NCBI GenBank assembly: GCA_024407875.1
Contig: JAKSVT010000005.1
Coordinates: 1,474 to 65,473 of the forward strand
Length of the DNA: 64,000 nt
Source: Alphaproteobacteria bacterium
Lineage (GTDB): Bacteria > Pseudomonadota > Alphaproteobacteria > CAAGCB01 > CAG-977
Direction: 5' to 3'
The notes beneath the pieces were generated by a model. It was not told the origin of the DNA. It was given only the letters and a program-made list of their open reading frames with translations, and did no database searches. This document shows positions 38,328 through 47,574 of the stretch, one piece after another; position 1 is the stretch's first letter; the number at the start of each line of letters is the position of its first letter. A program made the position numbers and the translations under genes.

Positions 38328-38410
38328 TTAGTTTTACTTAAACACAAGCTATTTTGATAGAAAAATTAAGAAGGGCTGTTTTTATTAAAATATGCAAAAA
38401 AAAATGAAAA

Positions 38411-39544
38411 TCATTTAATTAAATTTGAACATATAGAATTGAGCAGCAAAATTCCTTTATTCGACAATTTTACAGAATTTTCATCGAGCAAGACAAAGCC
38501 TTCTTTCACATAATTTTCTAATATTACGGAATCGAAATAAAAAAGAGGTGATTTTCCTATAATTTTACGAAATTTTAAACAATCAATTCCATCTCTTGTA
38601 CGTAATCCTGTGAATATAAGTTCTTCTGCCTTTTCTTTCGTATTCAAAACGGTTTTTTCAAAACCTTCATTTTGTAATATTTTTGTAATATTATTTTCAT
38701 GAGAAGTTGCAAAAAATTTATCATCAAAAAAATATCTTCCATGAGCAGAAGGACCTACTCCGATCCATTCTCCCCCTTGCCAATATAAATTATTATGTTT
38801 TGATTCAAATCCAGGAACAGCATGATTGGAAACTTCATATCTAAAGATTCCATTTTTTTCACAAACCTCATTTGTCATTTCATAAAGATCAGCTGCTAAA
38901 TCATCATCACAAGAAGTAATTCCTCTTTTATAAAAATTAGTATTTTCTTCTATCGTCAATTGATACAGCGAATAATGATTAAGATTTAAGCTCAATGCTT
39001 TTTCTAATTCTAAATTCCAAGACTTTAAAGTTTGATTTGGCCTTGCATAGATTAAATCAATAGATACATTTTCAAAAATTTCTTTTGCATTTTTTATCAC
39101 ATCTAAAGCTAAATTCGAATCATGAAGCCTTCCTAAAAACTTCAAATCATTATCAAACAAGGCCTGAACCCCTATAGATAATCTATTAATTCCTGCCTTT
39201 TTTAAATTATACATATATTCTTTTGATAAAGAAGACGGGTTTCCTTCTAAAGAAACTTCAATATAATCTTCTGTTTTCCATAAATCCCTTATCTTATTAA
39301 TAAGTTTACTTATAAAAGTAGTAGGTAATAAAGAAGGCGTGCCTCCACCAAAAAAAATAGATGAAACAACTTTATTAGAGGTTTCTTTATGGTACATCTC
39401 TAATTGATAGCAATAAGACTTATAATACTGATCAAAATCAATATCATACTCACCATTTAATTTTCTTGGGACACAACTATAGAAATCACAATATGGACAT
39501 TTTGACTTACAAAAAGGCCAATGAATATATATTCCAAAATCCAT
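38411..39544 (-). CDS. hemW: radical SAM heme chaperone HemW (HemN-like)
   Basis: IHWPFCKSKCPYCDF CxxxCxxC motif, 377 aa, HemN_C-like C-terminus. Confidence 0.9.
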   Translation of the reverse strand: MDFGIYIHWPFCKSKCPYCDFYSCVPRKLNGEYDIDFDQYYKSYCYQLEMYHKETSNKVVSSIFFGGGTPSLLPTTFISKLINKIRDLWKTEDYIEVSLEGNPSSLSKEYMYNLKKAGINRLSIGVQALFDNDLKFLGRLHDSNLALDVIKNAKEIFENVSIDLIYARPNQTLKSWNLELEKALSLNLNHYSLYQLTIEENTNFYKRGITSCDDDLAADLYEMTNEVCEKNGIFRYEVSNHAVPGFESKHNNLYWQGGEWIGVGPSAHGRYFFDDKFFATSHENNITKILQNEGFEKTVLNTKEKAEELIFTGLRTRDGIDCLKFRKIIGKSPLFYFDSVILENYVKEGFVLLDENSVKLSNKGILLLNSICSNLIK

Positions 39545-40153
39545 TTATTTTAAAAAGTAATCTATAAATTGTTTTAAAGCATTTGCTCTATGAGATATCT
39601 TATTTTTTACATCACCAGATAATTCAGCAAATGATTTATCATAACCATCAGGAACAAACATTGGATCATAGCCAAAACCTGCATTTCCTCTTGCTGGCCA
39701 ACATAAAGAACCATTAACAATGCCTTCAAATGTCTTCGTTTCACCATTAGGAAAAGCTACAGCAATTGCACAAGAGAAGTGAGCACTTCTATCCTTATTA
39801 TCTGTTTTTTCTTTTAATTCTTCATCCAAGCATTTCATAGCATAATCAAAGCCATTTTTCTTAGGCTCATTATATCTAGCACTATAAATACCTGGTCTAT
39901 TATTTAAAGCATGGACACAAAGTCCCGAATCATCTGCAATAGCAACCATATTTGCTTCTTTACTAGCACTAATAGCTTTAATTAAAGCGTTTTCAACAAA
40001 TGTAGTACCAGTCTCTTCTGGTTCAGATAATTTTAAATCATCTGCAGATAAAACTTTAATATCATATGGTGCTAAAATCTTCTGCATTTCAGCAACTTTA
40101 CCTGCATTATGTGTAGCCAAAACTAACATATTAGTATTTAACTTATTAGACAT
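39545..40153 (-). CDS. rdgB: XTP/dITP diphosphatase (RdgB/HAM1 family)
   Basis: LVLATHNAGK...EETGTTF.ENA..KA...DDSGL...GFGYDPMF...SHR motifs. Confidence 0.93.
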   Translation of the reverse strand: MSNKLNTNMLVLATHNAGKVAEMQKILAPYDIKVLSADDLKLSEPEETGTTFVENALIKAISASKEANMVAIADDSGLCVHALNNRPGIYSARYNEPKKNGFDYAMKCLDEELKEKTDNKDRSAHFSCAIAVAFPNGETKTFEGIVNGSLCWPARGNAGFGYDPMFVPDGYDKSFAELSGDVKNKISHRANALKQFIDYFLK

Positions 40154-40171
40154 TTGAAAATCCTTGAAAAA

Positions 40172-40885
40172 TTAAATTAAAGCTTGTCTTTGAATTTCTT
40201 TTAATTCATTAGTGCCTTTTACAGCTAAATTATATAATTGAGTGAATTGCTCAGGTGTAAAAGGAACTCTTTCAGCTGTTCCTTGAATTTCAACTATACC
40301 ACCACGACCAGTAATAACAAAATTTGAATCTGTTTGAGCATTTGAATCTTCTACATAATCTAAATCTAATACAGGTGTTCCATTATAAATGCCACAAGAA
40401 ATAGCTGAAACTGAAACAACAATAGGATCAGAAAATAAAACTTTTTCTTTTAATAATTTATTTATTGCTAAACGTAAAGCAACATATCCACCAGTAATAG
40501 AAGCTGTTCTTGTACCACCATCTGCTTGAATAACATCGCAGTCTACTTTGATACAAATTTCACCTAATCGTGCCATATCAACACAACTTCTTAAAGAACG
40601 TCCAATTAATCTTTGAATTTCTTCAGTTCTTCCAGATTGACCTTTTTTTGCTTCTCTTTCCATACGAGTACCCGTAGCACGTGGAATCATACCATATTCT
40701 GCTGTAACCCAACCTTTACCAGTCCCTTTCATCCAACCAGGAACATGATCTTCAACACTTGCTGTACAAATAACATGTGTGTTTCCACACTTAATTAAAC
40801 AAGATCCTTCAGCATGCATATTTACATTAGGTTCAATACTTACCTTACGCATTTCATCAAATTCACGATTAGACGGACGAAGCAT
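40172..40885 (-). CDS. rph: ribonuclease PH
   Basis: [11 protein letters not shown]..., [33 protein letters not shown] motifs. 237 aa. Confidence 0.96.
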   Translation of the reverse strand: MLRPSNREFDEMRKVSIEPNVNMHAEGSCLIKCGNTHVICTASVEDHVPGWMKGTGKGWVTAEYGMIPRATGTRMEREAKKGQSGRTEEIQRLIGRSLRSCVDMARLGEICIKVDCDVIQADGGTRTASITGGYVALRLAINKLLKEKVLFSDPIVVSVSAISCGIYNGTPVLDLDYVEDSNAQTDSNFVITGRGGIVEIQGTAERVPFTPEQFTQLYNLAVKGTNELKEIQRQALI

Positions 40886-40992
40886 TTTAATTCTCCATAA
40901 AAAATTGATTTACAATACTTGATATTTTTAATAATACTTACTAAATTATAAGTAAAGATGTAATTTAATAATTTTTTAAGGGTTTTAATAAG

Positions 40993-41673
40993 ATGTCTCA
41001 TAATAAAAGAGAAAAAGAATTTACTGAAAATGAAGCAACAAATGAAGAAGTAAATGAGGAAATAAAAGGTGAAGAAACTGTAGCAGAAAATGAAGAAGTT
41101 ACTGAAACTGTAGAAGAAAATAAAACTACAGATGAACATGCTGAAGCTGTTGCAGGAATGAAAAAAATTGAAGAACTCGAAGCAGAAGTTGCAAAATACA
41201 AAGACCTTTATATTAGAGCTCAAGCAGAAATGGAAAATTTGCGTCGTAGAACTCAAAATGAATTAATCTCTAGAACAAAATTCGCAATTACAGACTTTGC
41301 AAAAGATATCTTATCTGTTGCAGATAATTTAACTCGTGCAATGTCCGCTATGCCTAAAAAAGAAGACGCTGATGAAAATGTAAAGAACATTATCATTGGC
41401 TTAGAAATGACACAAAAAGAATTAGAAAATTCATTAAGTAGAAATGGCGTAACACCAATTGAAAGTGTAGGAAAAGTATTTAATCCAAATTGGCATAAAG
41501 TAGTTCAAGAAATACAGGATGAAACAAAGCCTAATGGAACAATTACACAAGAATGGCAAAAAGGCTATTTAATTGGTGGAGATAGAGTATTACGTGAAGC
41601 TGTTGTTATTGTAACAAAAGGTGGACCAAAAGAAAATGCCGATAGCAAATCTCACATAGATACTACAGCTTAA
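40993..41673 (+). CDS. grpE: nucleotide exchange factor GrpE
   Basis: Acidic N-terminus, coiled coil ...YIRAQAEMENLRRR..., C-terminal beta domain ...GYLIGGDRVLREAVV. Confidence 0.94.
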   Translation: MSHNKREKEFTENEATNEEVNEEIKGEETVAENEEVTETVEENKTTDEHAEAVAGMKKIEELEAEVAKYKDLYIRAQAEMENLRRRTQNELISRTKFAITDFAKDILSVADNLTRAMSAMPKKEDADENVKNIIIGLEMTQKELENSLSRNGVTPIESVGKVFNPNWHKVVQEIQDETKPNGTITQEWQKGYLIGGDRVLREAVVIVTKGGPKENADSKSHIDTTA

Positions 41674-41707
41674 CAAAAAAATTAACTAAATAGGCTTTAA
41701 ACAAAGC

Positions 41708-42502
41708 CTATTTTTTTATCAAAGAAAATAAAAAGAAAATACAACAAATTATCTCAATCATTGGTGATGTAGGAACGTCAAAAATTACACTACAAATCAA
41801 TCCTAAAATAATTGATAAACATCCAATTATACTAGCAAAAACAACTGACTTTTCAGGAGTTTTAGCAATTTTAATAGCCGTTGCTGCTGGAATAATTAAT
41901 AGGGCAGAAACCAACAATAAACCTGTGGTTTTAAAACAAATCCCCGTAAAGACAGCTAGCAAAACAGTAAAAATTCTTTTTTGAACAACAACATTAATTT
42001 TTTCACTTTGAGCTAAATCTATACTAATTGCACAAAGCAATTGTTTGTCCCAATTCTTATAAAGAACATACAAACATAATAATCCTGCTATTAACATTGT
42101 ATATATATCAAACATAGATACAGATAAAACATCACCAAATAAATAGCCTTCGAGGCTAGATCTTAAATTAGGTAAAAATGATAATCCTACTAAACCTAAG
42201 CATAATGACGTTTGTGCTATAATTAATAAAAATATATCTATTCCTAAAACCGTTCTTTGTGGGATTTTAAGTAATACTAAAGCTAAAACTAATAATAAAA
42301 TTAAAACAGAAATATTTAAATTAATACCTAAAAAGGCTCCTAAAACAACACCTAACAAAGCACTGTGAGATAGTGTATCACTGAAATATGCTGTCTTATG
42401 CCAAATCATTACAGAACCAATAGGGCCCGCAAGAAAAGCACAAATAATGCCAGATAATAAAGCCCTGATTATAAAAGGTTCAAAAAAATCACTTATGTTC
42501 AT
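41708..42502 (-). CDS. znuB: zinc/manganese ABC transporter permease (ZnuB-like)
   Basis: 264 aa, ABC-3 family pattern (...FSDTLSHSALLGV...). Overlaps znuC. Confidence 0.85.
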   Translation of the reverse strand: MNISDFFEPFIIRALLSGIICAFLAGPIGSVMIWHKTAYFSDTLSHSALLGVVLGAFLGINLNISVLILLLVLALVLLKIPQRTVLGIDIFLLIIAQTSLCLGLVGLSFLPNLRSSLEGYLFGDVLSVSMFDIYTMLIAGLLCLYVLYKNWDKQLLCAISIDLAQSEKINVVVQKRIFTVLLAVFTGICFKTTGLLLVSALLIIPAATAIKIAKTPEKSVVFASIIGCLSIILGLICSVIFDVPTSPMIEIICCIFFLFSLIKK

Positions 42503-43193
42503 GGCTTATATCCCCATGTAATGTATGACAATGATCATGATGGTGCGTATATAAAGATGTATATTCAGATAAAGTTTGTACTTTTTCTGGAAGTCCAGAA
42601 CAACAAATATGATGATTTAAACAAATGACATTATCTGTATTTTTCATAACAACAAATAAATCATGAGATACCATCAAAACTGCTGTTTTAGAATTTTTAT
42701 TAATATCTCCAATCAAAGCATATAATTTTTCAGAACCTATTGGATCTAAACCTTGAGCAGGTTCATCTAAAACTAATAAATTTGGTTTACGAAGTAATGC
42801 TCTTGCAAGCAAAACTCTTTGTGTTTCGCCACCAGATAATTGACTTAATTGCCTATTTAATAAATTGCGAATTCCTGTTTTATCAAGAACTTCTTCAAAA
42901 TTATTATCTTTCTTTTCTAAACATAAATGAAGAAATCTATCTACATTTATGGGAAGAACTGTATTTATATTAAACTTTTGAGGAACATAACCAACAGTAT
43001 AATTGTCAGGTTTAATTAGCTCTCCTTTTGTAGGTTTTAATATGCCTAAAATAATTTTAAGTAGTGTCGATTTTCCAGCACCATTTGGCCCAATTAAAGT
43101 TGTAATCTTTTCATCTGGAACATCAAATGAAACATCATCTAATATAGTAAAACCATCATTAGATATATAAGAAATATGTTTTAATTTTATCAT
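42489..43193 (-). CDS. znuC: zinc ABC transporter ATP-binding protein (ZnuC-like) with a His-rich tail
   Basis: GPNGAGKSTLLK, LSGGETQRV, LLVLDEP. C-terminus HHHDHCHTLHGDISHEHK. Confidence 0.88.
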   Translation of the reverse strand: MIKLKHISYISNDGFTILDDVSFDVPDEKITTLIGPNGAGKSTLLKIILGILKPTKGELIKPDNYTVGYVPQKFNINTVLPINVDRFLHLCLEKKDNNFEEVLDKTGIRNLLNRQLSQLSGGETQRVLLARALLRKPNLLVLDEPAQGLDPIGSEKLYALIGDINKNSKTAVLMVSHDLFVVMKNTDNVICLNHHICCSGLPEKVQTLSEYTSLYTHHHDHCHTLHGDISHEHK

Positions 43194-43267
43194 TTTTTTT
43201 GATATAAAATCTAAATTGTTATTTGCTAATTTGCATTTTATTTATTTTGAAAGAAATATAAAGAATT

Positions 43268-44089
43268 ATGTTTAAGAAAATTATTGTTTTTTGTTGTTTA
43301 TTATCTTTTTTTGCAAATAAAGCTCATTGTGAAGAAACAAAAATTCTTTCCTCTATACTGCCTTTAAATTCTATTGTATCAAAGATTTCAAATCAAAAAA
43401 CGAACGCTCTTTTAAATGGAAATTATTCCGTTCATCATTACTCATTAAAACCGAGTGATTTAAAGCAAATTAACGATGCTGATATAATATTCTGGGGAGG
43501 AAAAGAATTAGAACACTTTCTAGTAAAACCTGTTCAAGAAAAAAACAATATTTCTTTTTTAAAAGATAATGAAAATCCTCATTTTTGGCTAAACATTGAA
43601 AAAATTAATAATGTAATCAATGAAATAAAAGTTGCTTTAACTAATATAAATCCAAACAATAAGAAAATTTATGAAGAAAATTCCGATAATTTAAAGAATA
43701 AAATCAATGAAATCATTGAAAAAGCAAAAAATGATTTAATTCCATATTCAAACAAACCTTTTATTGTTGGACATGATGCTTTTGATGATTTTGAAAAAGC
43801 TTTAGGTATAAAAAATATAGGCATTATTTCACCTGACGAACATCATGAAATTACTCCTTCAAATATGATCAAATTGAGAAAAACTATAGAACAAAATCAA
43901 CCTATTTGCATATTTTTAGAAACAGGAACAAATCCAAATAAAATAATGCCTTTAATTGAAGGATATAATGTTAAATTAACTTATTTAGATCCTATGGGAA
44001 TTTCATTAAATAAAGATGATGAAAATTTTTATATAAGTTTAATTCAAAATTTGATAAATAATATAAAGAATTGCTTAAACAAACTATAA
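43268..44089 (+). CDS. znuA: metal (zinc) ABC transporter substrate-binding protein (ZnuA-like)
   Basis: Signal peptide, cluster-9 SBP pattern (...HHYSLKPSD..., ...NPHFWLN..., ...HDAF.DF...). Divergent from znuCB. Confidence 0.82.
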   Translation: MFKKIIVFCCLLSFFANKAHCEETKILSSILPLNSIVSKISNQKTNALLNGNYSVHHYSLKPSDLKQINDADIIFWGGKELEHFLVKPVQEKNNISFLKDNENPHFWLNIEKINNVINEIKVALTNINPNNKKIYEENSDNLKNKINEIIEKAKNDLIPYSNKPFIVGHDAFDDFEKALGIKNIGIISPDEHHEITPSNMIKLRKTIEQNQPICIFLETGTNPNKIMPLIEGYNVKLTYLDPMGISLNKDDENFYISLIQNLINNIKNCLNKL

Positions 44090-44099
44090 AAGAATTATC

Positions 44100-45626
44100 A
44101 TGTTTAAAAAGAAAATTTTATTATTATTGTTATGTTGTTTAATATTTTCAAACAAAGCTTCTTTTGCACAACAATCTATAAACTCTGATTTATTAAACGA
44201 AAAAATTCACATTTGTATTGGACCAGAAACTAGAAATTTCAATTCAAAAGATGAAAGAGATGTTGCTAATTTAATTGAAACAGCTCAACGCCATTATAGA
44301 TTTGAAGGAAAGAACTTTCCAAAAATGACCATAATTCCTAATTGTACACGTAAGAATTGTGGGGATATGATAGCAAGTGCATATGCACAATACCTTCCTT
44401 TTAGAAATTTTATAAACAGAGTTATAATTTTATCTAACAACTCTAATAAAAAGAAATTTGGCTTAATATTATCTGATGCCAAAGAATGGCAAATAGGGAA
44501 AAATAAAATTTTAGTTGATGTCTCAATGAACAATAAACTAAAAGAAATTCAAGGCATAGGATTTGATGAAGCTGATCATTTAGGAAATTATAATTTAGAA
44601 GCTCAAATACCTTTTATATTAAAAACTTTTACAAATAATATAAAAATTGTTCCTATTTTGGCTGGTGAAATAGGCGATGATCAATTACATGATTTAATGG
44701 ACTTCTTCTGGGATGATCCTGGAACAATATTTATTACTGTTATGAATTTAAGTTCTAGTGAAAAACTAAAAACAGCACAAGAAAACTCAGATAAATTAGC
44801 CCGTATAATCAGAAAAATGGAAAACGCTTCAATTAATAAAAATTTATCTAATAGTCCTGAATTAATTAGTGGCATTTTATCTTATTTAAGAAACAATGCC
44901 GCCGAAGTTGAACAATTAGATTATAAAATCTTAGAACCTGATATTTTCTCAGATAATAATGAATACTTTGGAGCTGCTATCTTTAGCATTTATAAAACAA
45001 ATACTGACTCTGAAAAAATAAGAATTCAGTTTGAAAAATCCGTTAATGAAAACAAAAATCTTCTTTTAAAATTGGCAGGAAGATCAATAAAAAGCGGAAT
45101 TAGAAATGGAAGACAAATTTATCCTAGAGCTTCAGAGTTTCCTCCAGAATTATCACAAAAGGGTGCTTCTGTAATAACTCTACATACAAATGGTCAACTA
45201 AGAGGAGCTTATAGCTCAACATCAGCCAAAAGATCTCTTTTGGAAGATATTGCCCTAAATGCTTATAATGCAGGATTTAACGATTATAGATTTGATGCTA
45301 TTTCTCAAAATGAATTAAAAGATACGGAAATAACATTAAGTGTTTTAACTGAACCTCTTTTAATGCAATATGAATCAGAAAAAGATGTTATAAAGCAATT
45401 AAGACCAGGCGTTGATGGTGTATACCTAAGAGAAAGAAAAAACAAATCAACATTCTTACCTCAAGTTTGGGAAGCTTTTGCTACACCTGAAGAATTTTTG
45501 AAGAAGTTAAAACATGCTGCAGGATTACCAGAAGATTATTGGTCTCCAACAATTAAAATATATCATTTTGAAATGTTAACTTTCTATAGTGGTGATTTAG
45601 AAAATCCACAATCTATTTGGGAATAA
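44100..45626 (+). CDS. signal-peptide-bearing fusion of a Memo-like (AmmeMemoRadiSam B-like) domain and an AMMECR1 (A-like) domain
   Basis: The N-terminus MFKKKILLLLLCCLIFSNKASFA looks like a Sec signal. The middle segment ...DHLGNYNLEAQIPFILKTF...KIVPILAG resembles the Memo EHS-x-E-x-x-LPFL block. The C-terminal GASVITLHTNGQLRGAYSS...STFLPQVWE is the AMMECR1 signature region. Confidence 0.7.
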   Translation: MFKKKILLLLLCCLIFSNKASFAQQSINSDLLNEKIHICIGPETRNFNSKDERDVANLIETAQRHYRFEGKNFPKMTIIPNCTRKNCGDMIASAYAQYLPFRNFINRVIILSNNSNKKKFGLILSDAKEWQIGKNKILVDVSMNNKLKEIQGIGFDEADHLGNYNLEAQIPFILKTFTNNIKIVPILAGEIGDDQLHDLMDFFWDDPGTIFITVMNLSSSEKLKTAQENSDKLARIIRKMENASINKNLSNSPELISGILSYLRNNAAEVEQLDYKILEPDIFSDNNEYFGAAIFSIYKTNTDSEKIRIQFEKSVNENKNLLLKLAGRSIKSGIRNGRQIYPRASEFPPELSQKGASVITLHTNGQLRGAYSSTSAKRSLLEDIALNAYNAGFNDYRFDAISQNELKDTEITLSVLTEPLLMQYESEKDVIKQLRPGVDGVYLRERKNKSTFLPQVWEAFATPEEFLKKLKHAAGLPEDYWSPTIKIYHFEMLTFYSGDLENPQSIWE

Positions 45627-45628
45627 AA

Positions 45629-46045
45629 ATGAATACAAAAAAAATTGTATATGTAGTTGCTGGAGCCTTAGTAAATAATAAACATCAAGTTCTTATGGCT
45701 CAAAGACCTGAAGGTAAAAACTTAGCTGGATATTGGGAATTTCCTGGTGGAAAAATAGAAATTGAAGAAACTCCTGAAGAAGCCCTTGTACGAGAATTAA
45801 AAGAAGAATTAAATCTAAATATTAATATAATAGATTTAAAACCTCTAACTTTTGCTTCTCATGATTATAAGGATTTTCACTTAGTAATGCCTTTATTTTT
45901 ATGTAAAAAATGGGAAGGCAATCCTGAATCTATGGAAAAACAGTCTTTTGCTTGGATTAATATTGAAGATTTAAATAATGATCCAAATAGACCATTAGCT
46001 CCAGCAGATATTGAAATGGCTAAAACCATCCAAAAATTGCTCTAA
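45629..46045 (+). CDS. NUDIX hydrolase, MutT-like (8-oxo-dGTP diphosphatase family)
   Basis: Nudix box GGKIEIEETPEEALVRELKEEL. ATG 45629 is 2 nt after the upstream stop; the tracked TTG start is at 45617. Confidence 0.85.
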   Translation: MNTKKIVYVVAGALVNNKHQVLMAQRPEGKNLAGYWEFPGGKIEIEETPEEALVRELKEELNLNINIIDLKPLTFASHDYKDFHLVMPLFLCKKWEGNPESMEKQSFAWINIEDLNNDPNRPLAPADIEMAKTIQKLL

Positions 46046-46110
46046 AAATAAACAAAAAATAAACATTTTTGACTTAAACTTTCTTTAAACGATAAAGAAG
46101 GGGATTGGCT

Positions 46111-47133
46111 ATGTCAAGACTTACAAATGAAGAAAGAGATCGTATCAAAAACGAAGATTTATTAGGTTTTATTGCTGATTTTGGTGGAACTAATGCTCGT
46201 TTTTGTATAGTAAAAAATAATGGTGAATTAGATTTAGCTTCAAAATATAGTGTAGATAAATATGGTTCTATCGTGGATATTATAAAAGAATATTTTGATT
46301 ATGTTTATAAGCATAGCAGAATTTCAAAAATAAAGAACGGGGCCATTTGTATTGCTTGTCCTGTTTTAGGAGATGAAGTTCATTTCACAAACAATTCATG
46401 GACATTTTCCATATCAAATGTTCAAAAAGCCTTAGAGTTAGATACACTAACCGTTGTAAATGATTTCGTTGCACAAGCTTTAGGCGTTTTAAAAACACCA
46501 GATATTGAAGTCATATACGAAGGTAAAAAAACTATTGAAGAAAATATTAGAAACAACTCTCCTGTTGGCGTAATAGGCCCAGGAACAGGACTTGGTGTTT
46601 CTATTTTAATACCAACACAAAATGATTATATTGCTTTACCTACTGAAGGTGGACATGCAACCATTTGTGCTTCTAATGAAGTAGAATTTCAAATTATTGA
46701 ACGTCTACGTAAACTTTACGGCCATATATCAGCAGAACGCGTCATATCAGGAAAAGGATTAGAAAACATTTATGCTGTTTTGACGTATACACAAGACGAA
46801 AAAGTTATGCCTGCCGCAAAAATTACAGAAAACGCTTCAAAAGGCGACAAAATGTGCTTAATTGCTGTAAATATTATGTTTGATTTCTTAGCTTCTTTTG
46901 CAAGTAATCTAGCATTAACATGTGGTGCTTTTGGAGGAATCTATTTGGCAGGTGGTATTCTTGCTCATGAAAATGTATTTAAATTATTTAAAGAATCTAA
47001 TTTTTTAAATAGATATTTTGAAAAAGGACGCTTTAAATCTTATATGGAACAAATTCCTGTCTATTGTGCAACAGGAGAAAACCCTGCAATGTATGGTTTA
47101 CAGGCCATTTTGAAAAAAAATGCAAAAAATTAA
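46111..47133 (+). CDS. glk: glucokinase
   Basis: IADFGGTNARFCI ATP-binding motif, 340 aa, Glk-family length. AGAAGGGGA upstream of ATG 46111. Confidence 0.88.
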   Translation: MSRLTNEERDRIKNEDLLGFIADFGGTNARFCIVKNNGELDLASKYSVDKYGSIVDIIKEYFDYVYKHSRISKIKNGAICIACPVLGDEVHFTNNSWTFSISNVQKALELDTLTVVNDFVAQALGVLKTPDIEVIYEGKKTIEENIRNNSPVGVIGPGTGLGVSILIPTQNDYIALPTEGGHATICASNEVEFQIIERLRKLYGHISAERVISGKGLENIYAVLTYTQDEKVMPAAKITENASKGDKMCLIAVNIMFDFLASFASNLALTCGAFGGIYLAGGILAHENVFKLFKESNFLNRYFEKGRFKSYMEQIPVYCATGENPAMYGLQAILKKNAKN

Positions 47134-47183
47134 AAAAAACTCTTGCATTATTTTTAAAGGTTTAATATAAAGGACTTTGTCGC

Positions 47184-47262
47184 GGGGGTGTAGCTCAGTT
47201 TGGTTTAGAGTGACGGCCTGTCACGCCGTAGGTCGCGGGTTCAAGCCCCGTCGCTCCCGCCA
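47184..47262 (+). tRNA. tRNA-Asp (GUC)
   Basis: Manual cloverleaf: acceptor GGGGGTG/CGCTCCC, D arm GCTC/GAGT, anticodon stem ACGGC/GCCGT with loop CTGTCAC, T arm GCGGG-TTCAAGC-CCCGT, encoded CCA. Confidence 0.92.
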
Positions 47263-47263
47263 T

Positions 47264-47295
47264 TAAAAAATTCCCTTTTTCAAGGGATTTTTTTT
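47264..47295. terminator. intrinsic terminator after tRNA-Asp
   Basis: tccctt-tttc-aaggga followed by tttttttt, with an A-run upstream. Confidence 0.75.
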
Positions 47296-47574
47296 ATGCT
47301 TATTTTAATCAAGCTTTTTTCTTTATATTACTTGGTATCGCGGTTTTGCGCTTTTCATAAAAAAAGCCATAAACCGAGAAACCTTATTTTATTTATTAAT
47401 ATGGCCACATATTAATCCACCTCCTTATATTTTGTTTTTAGTTTATTTTCTTATAAAACGAATAAGAAAAAAATAGGTTACAGATAAACAAAAAAATAAG
47501 GTTATTCCTAAATTTGGAATAAATGCTTTTTAGAATAACAAACAACTAGATATAAATCTTCTGCTAAAATAATT

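Noticed and set aside
40840-41256. 138-aa and 67-aa minus-strand ORFs overlapping the grpE 5' end
   Set aside because: Phe/Ser/Cys-rich mirror of the GAA/GAAG-rich acidic N-terminus of grpE. The 138-aa ORF would also overlap the rph start.
43194-43267. Zur box in the znuC/znuA divergent promoter
   Set aside because: I found only a short direct repeat (ATTTGC twice) and no convincing palindrome resembling known Zur operators, so I cannot support a call.
47263-47574. Integration site or genomic-island remnant downstream of tRNA-Asp
   Set aside because: No integrase, no direct repeat of the tRNA 3' end, and no foreign-looking genes. It is just an AT-rich spacer.
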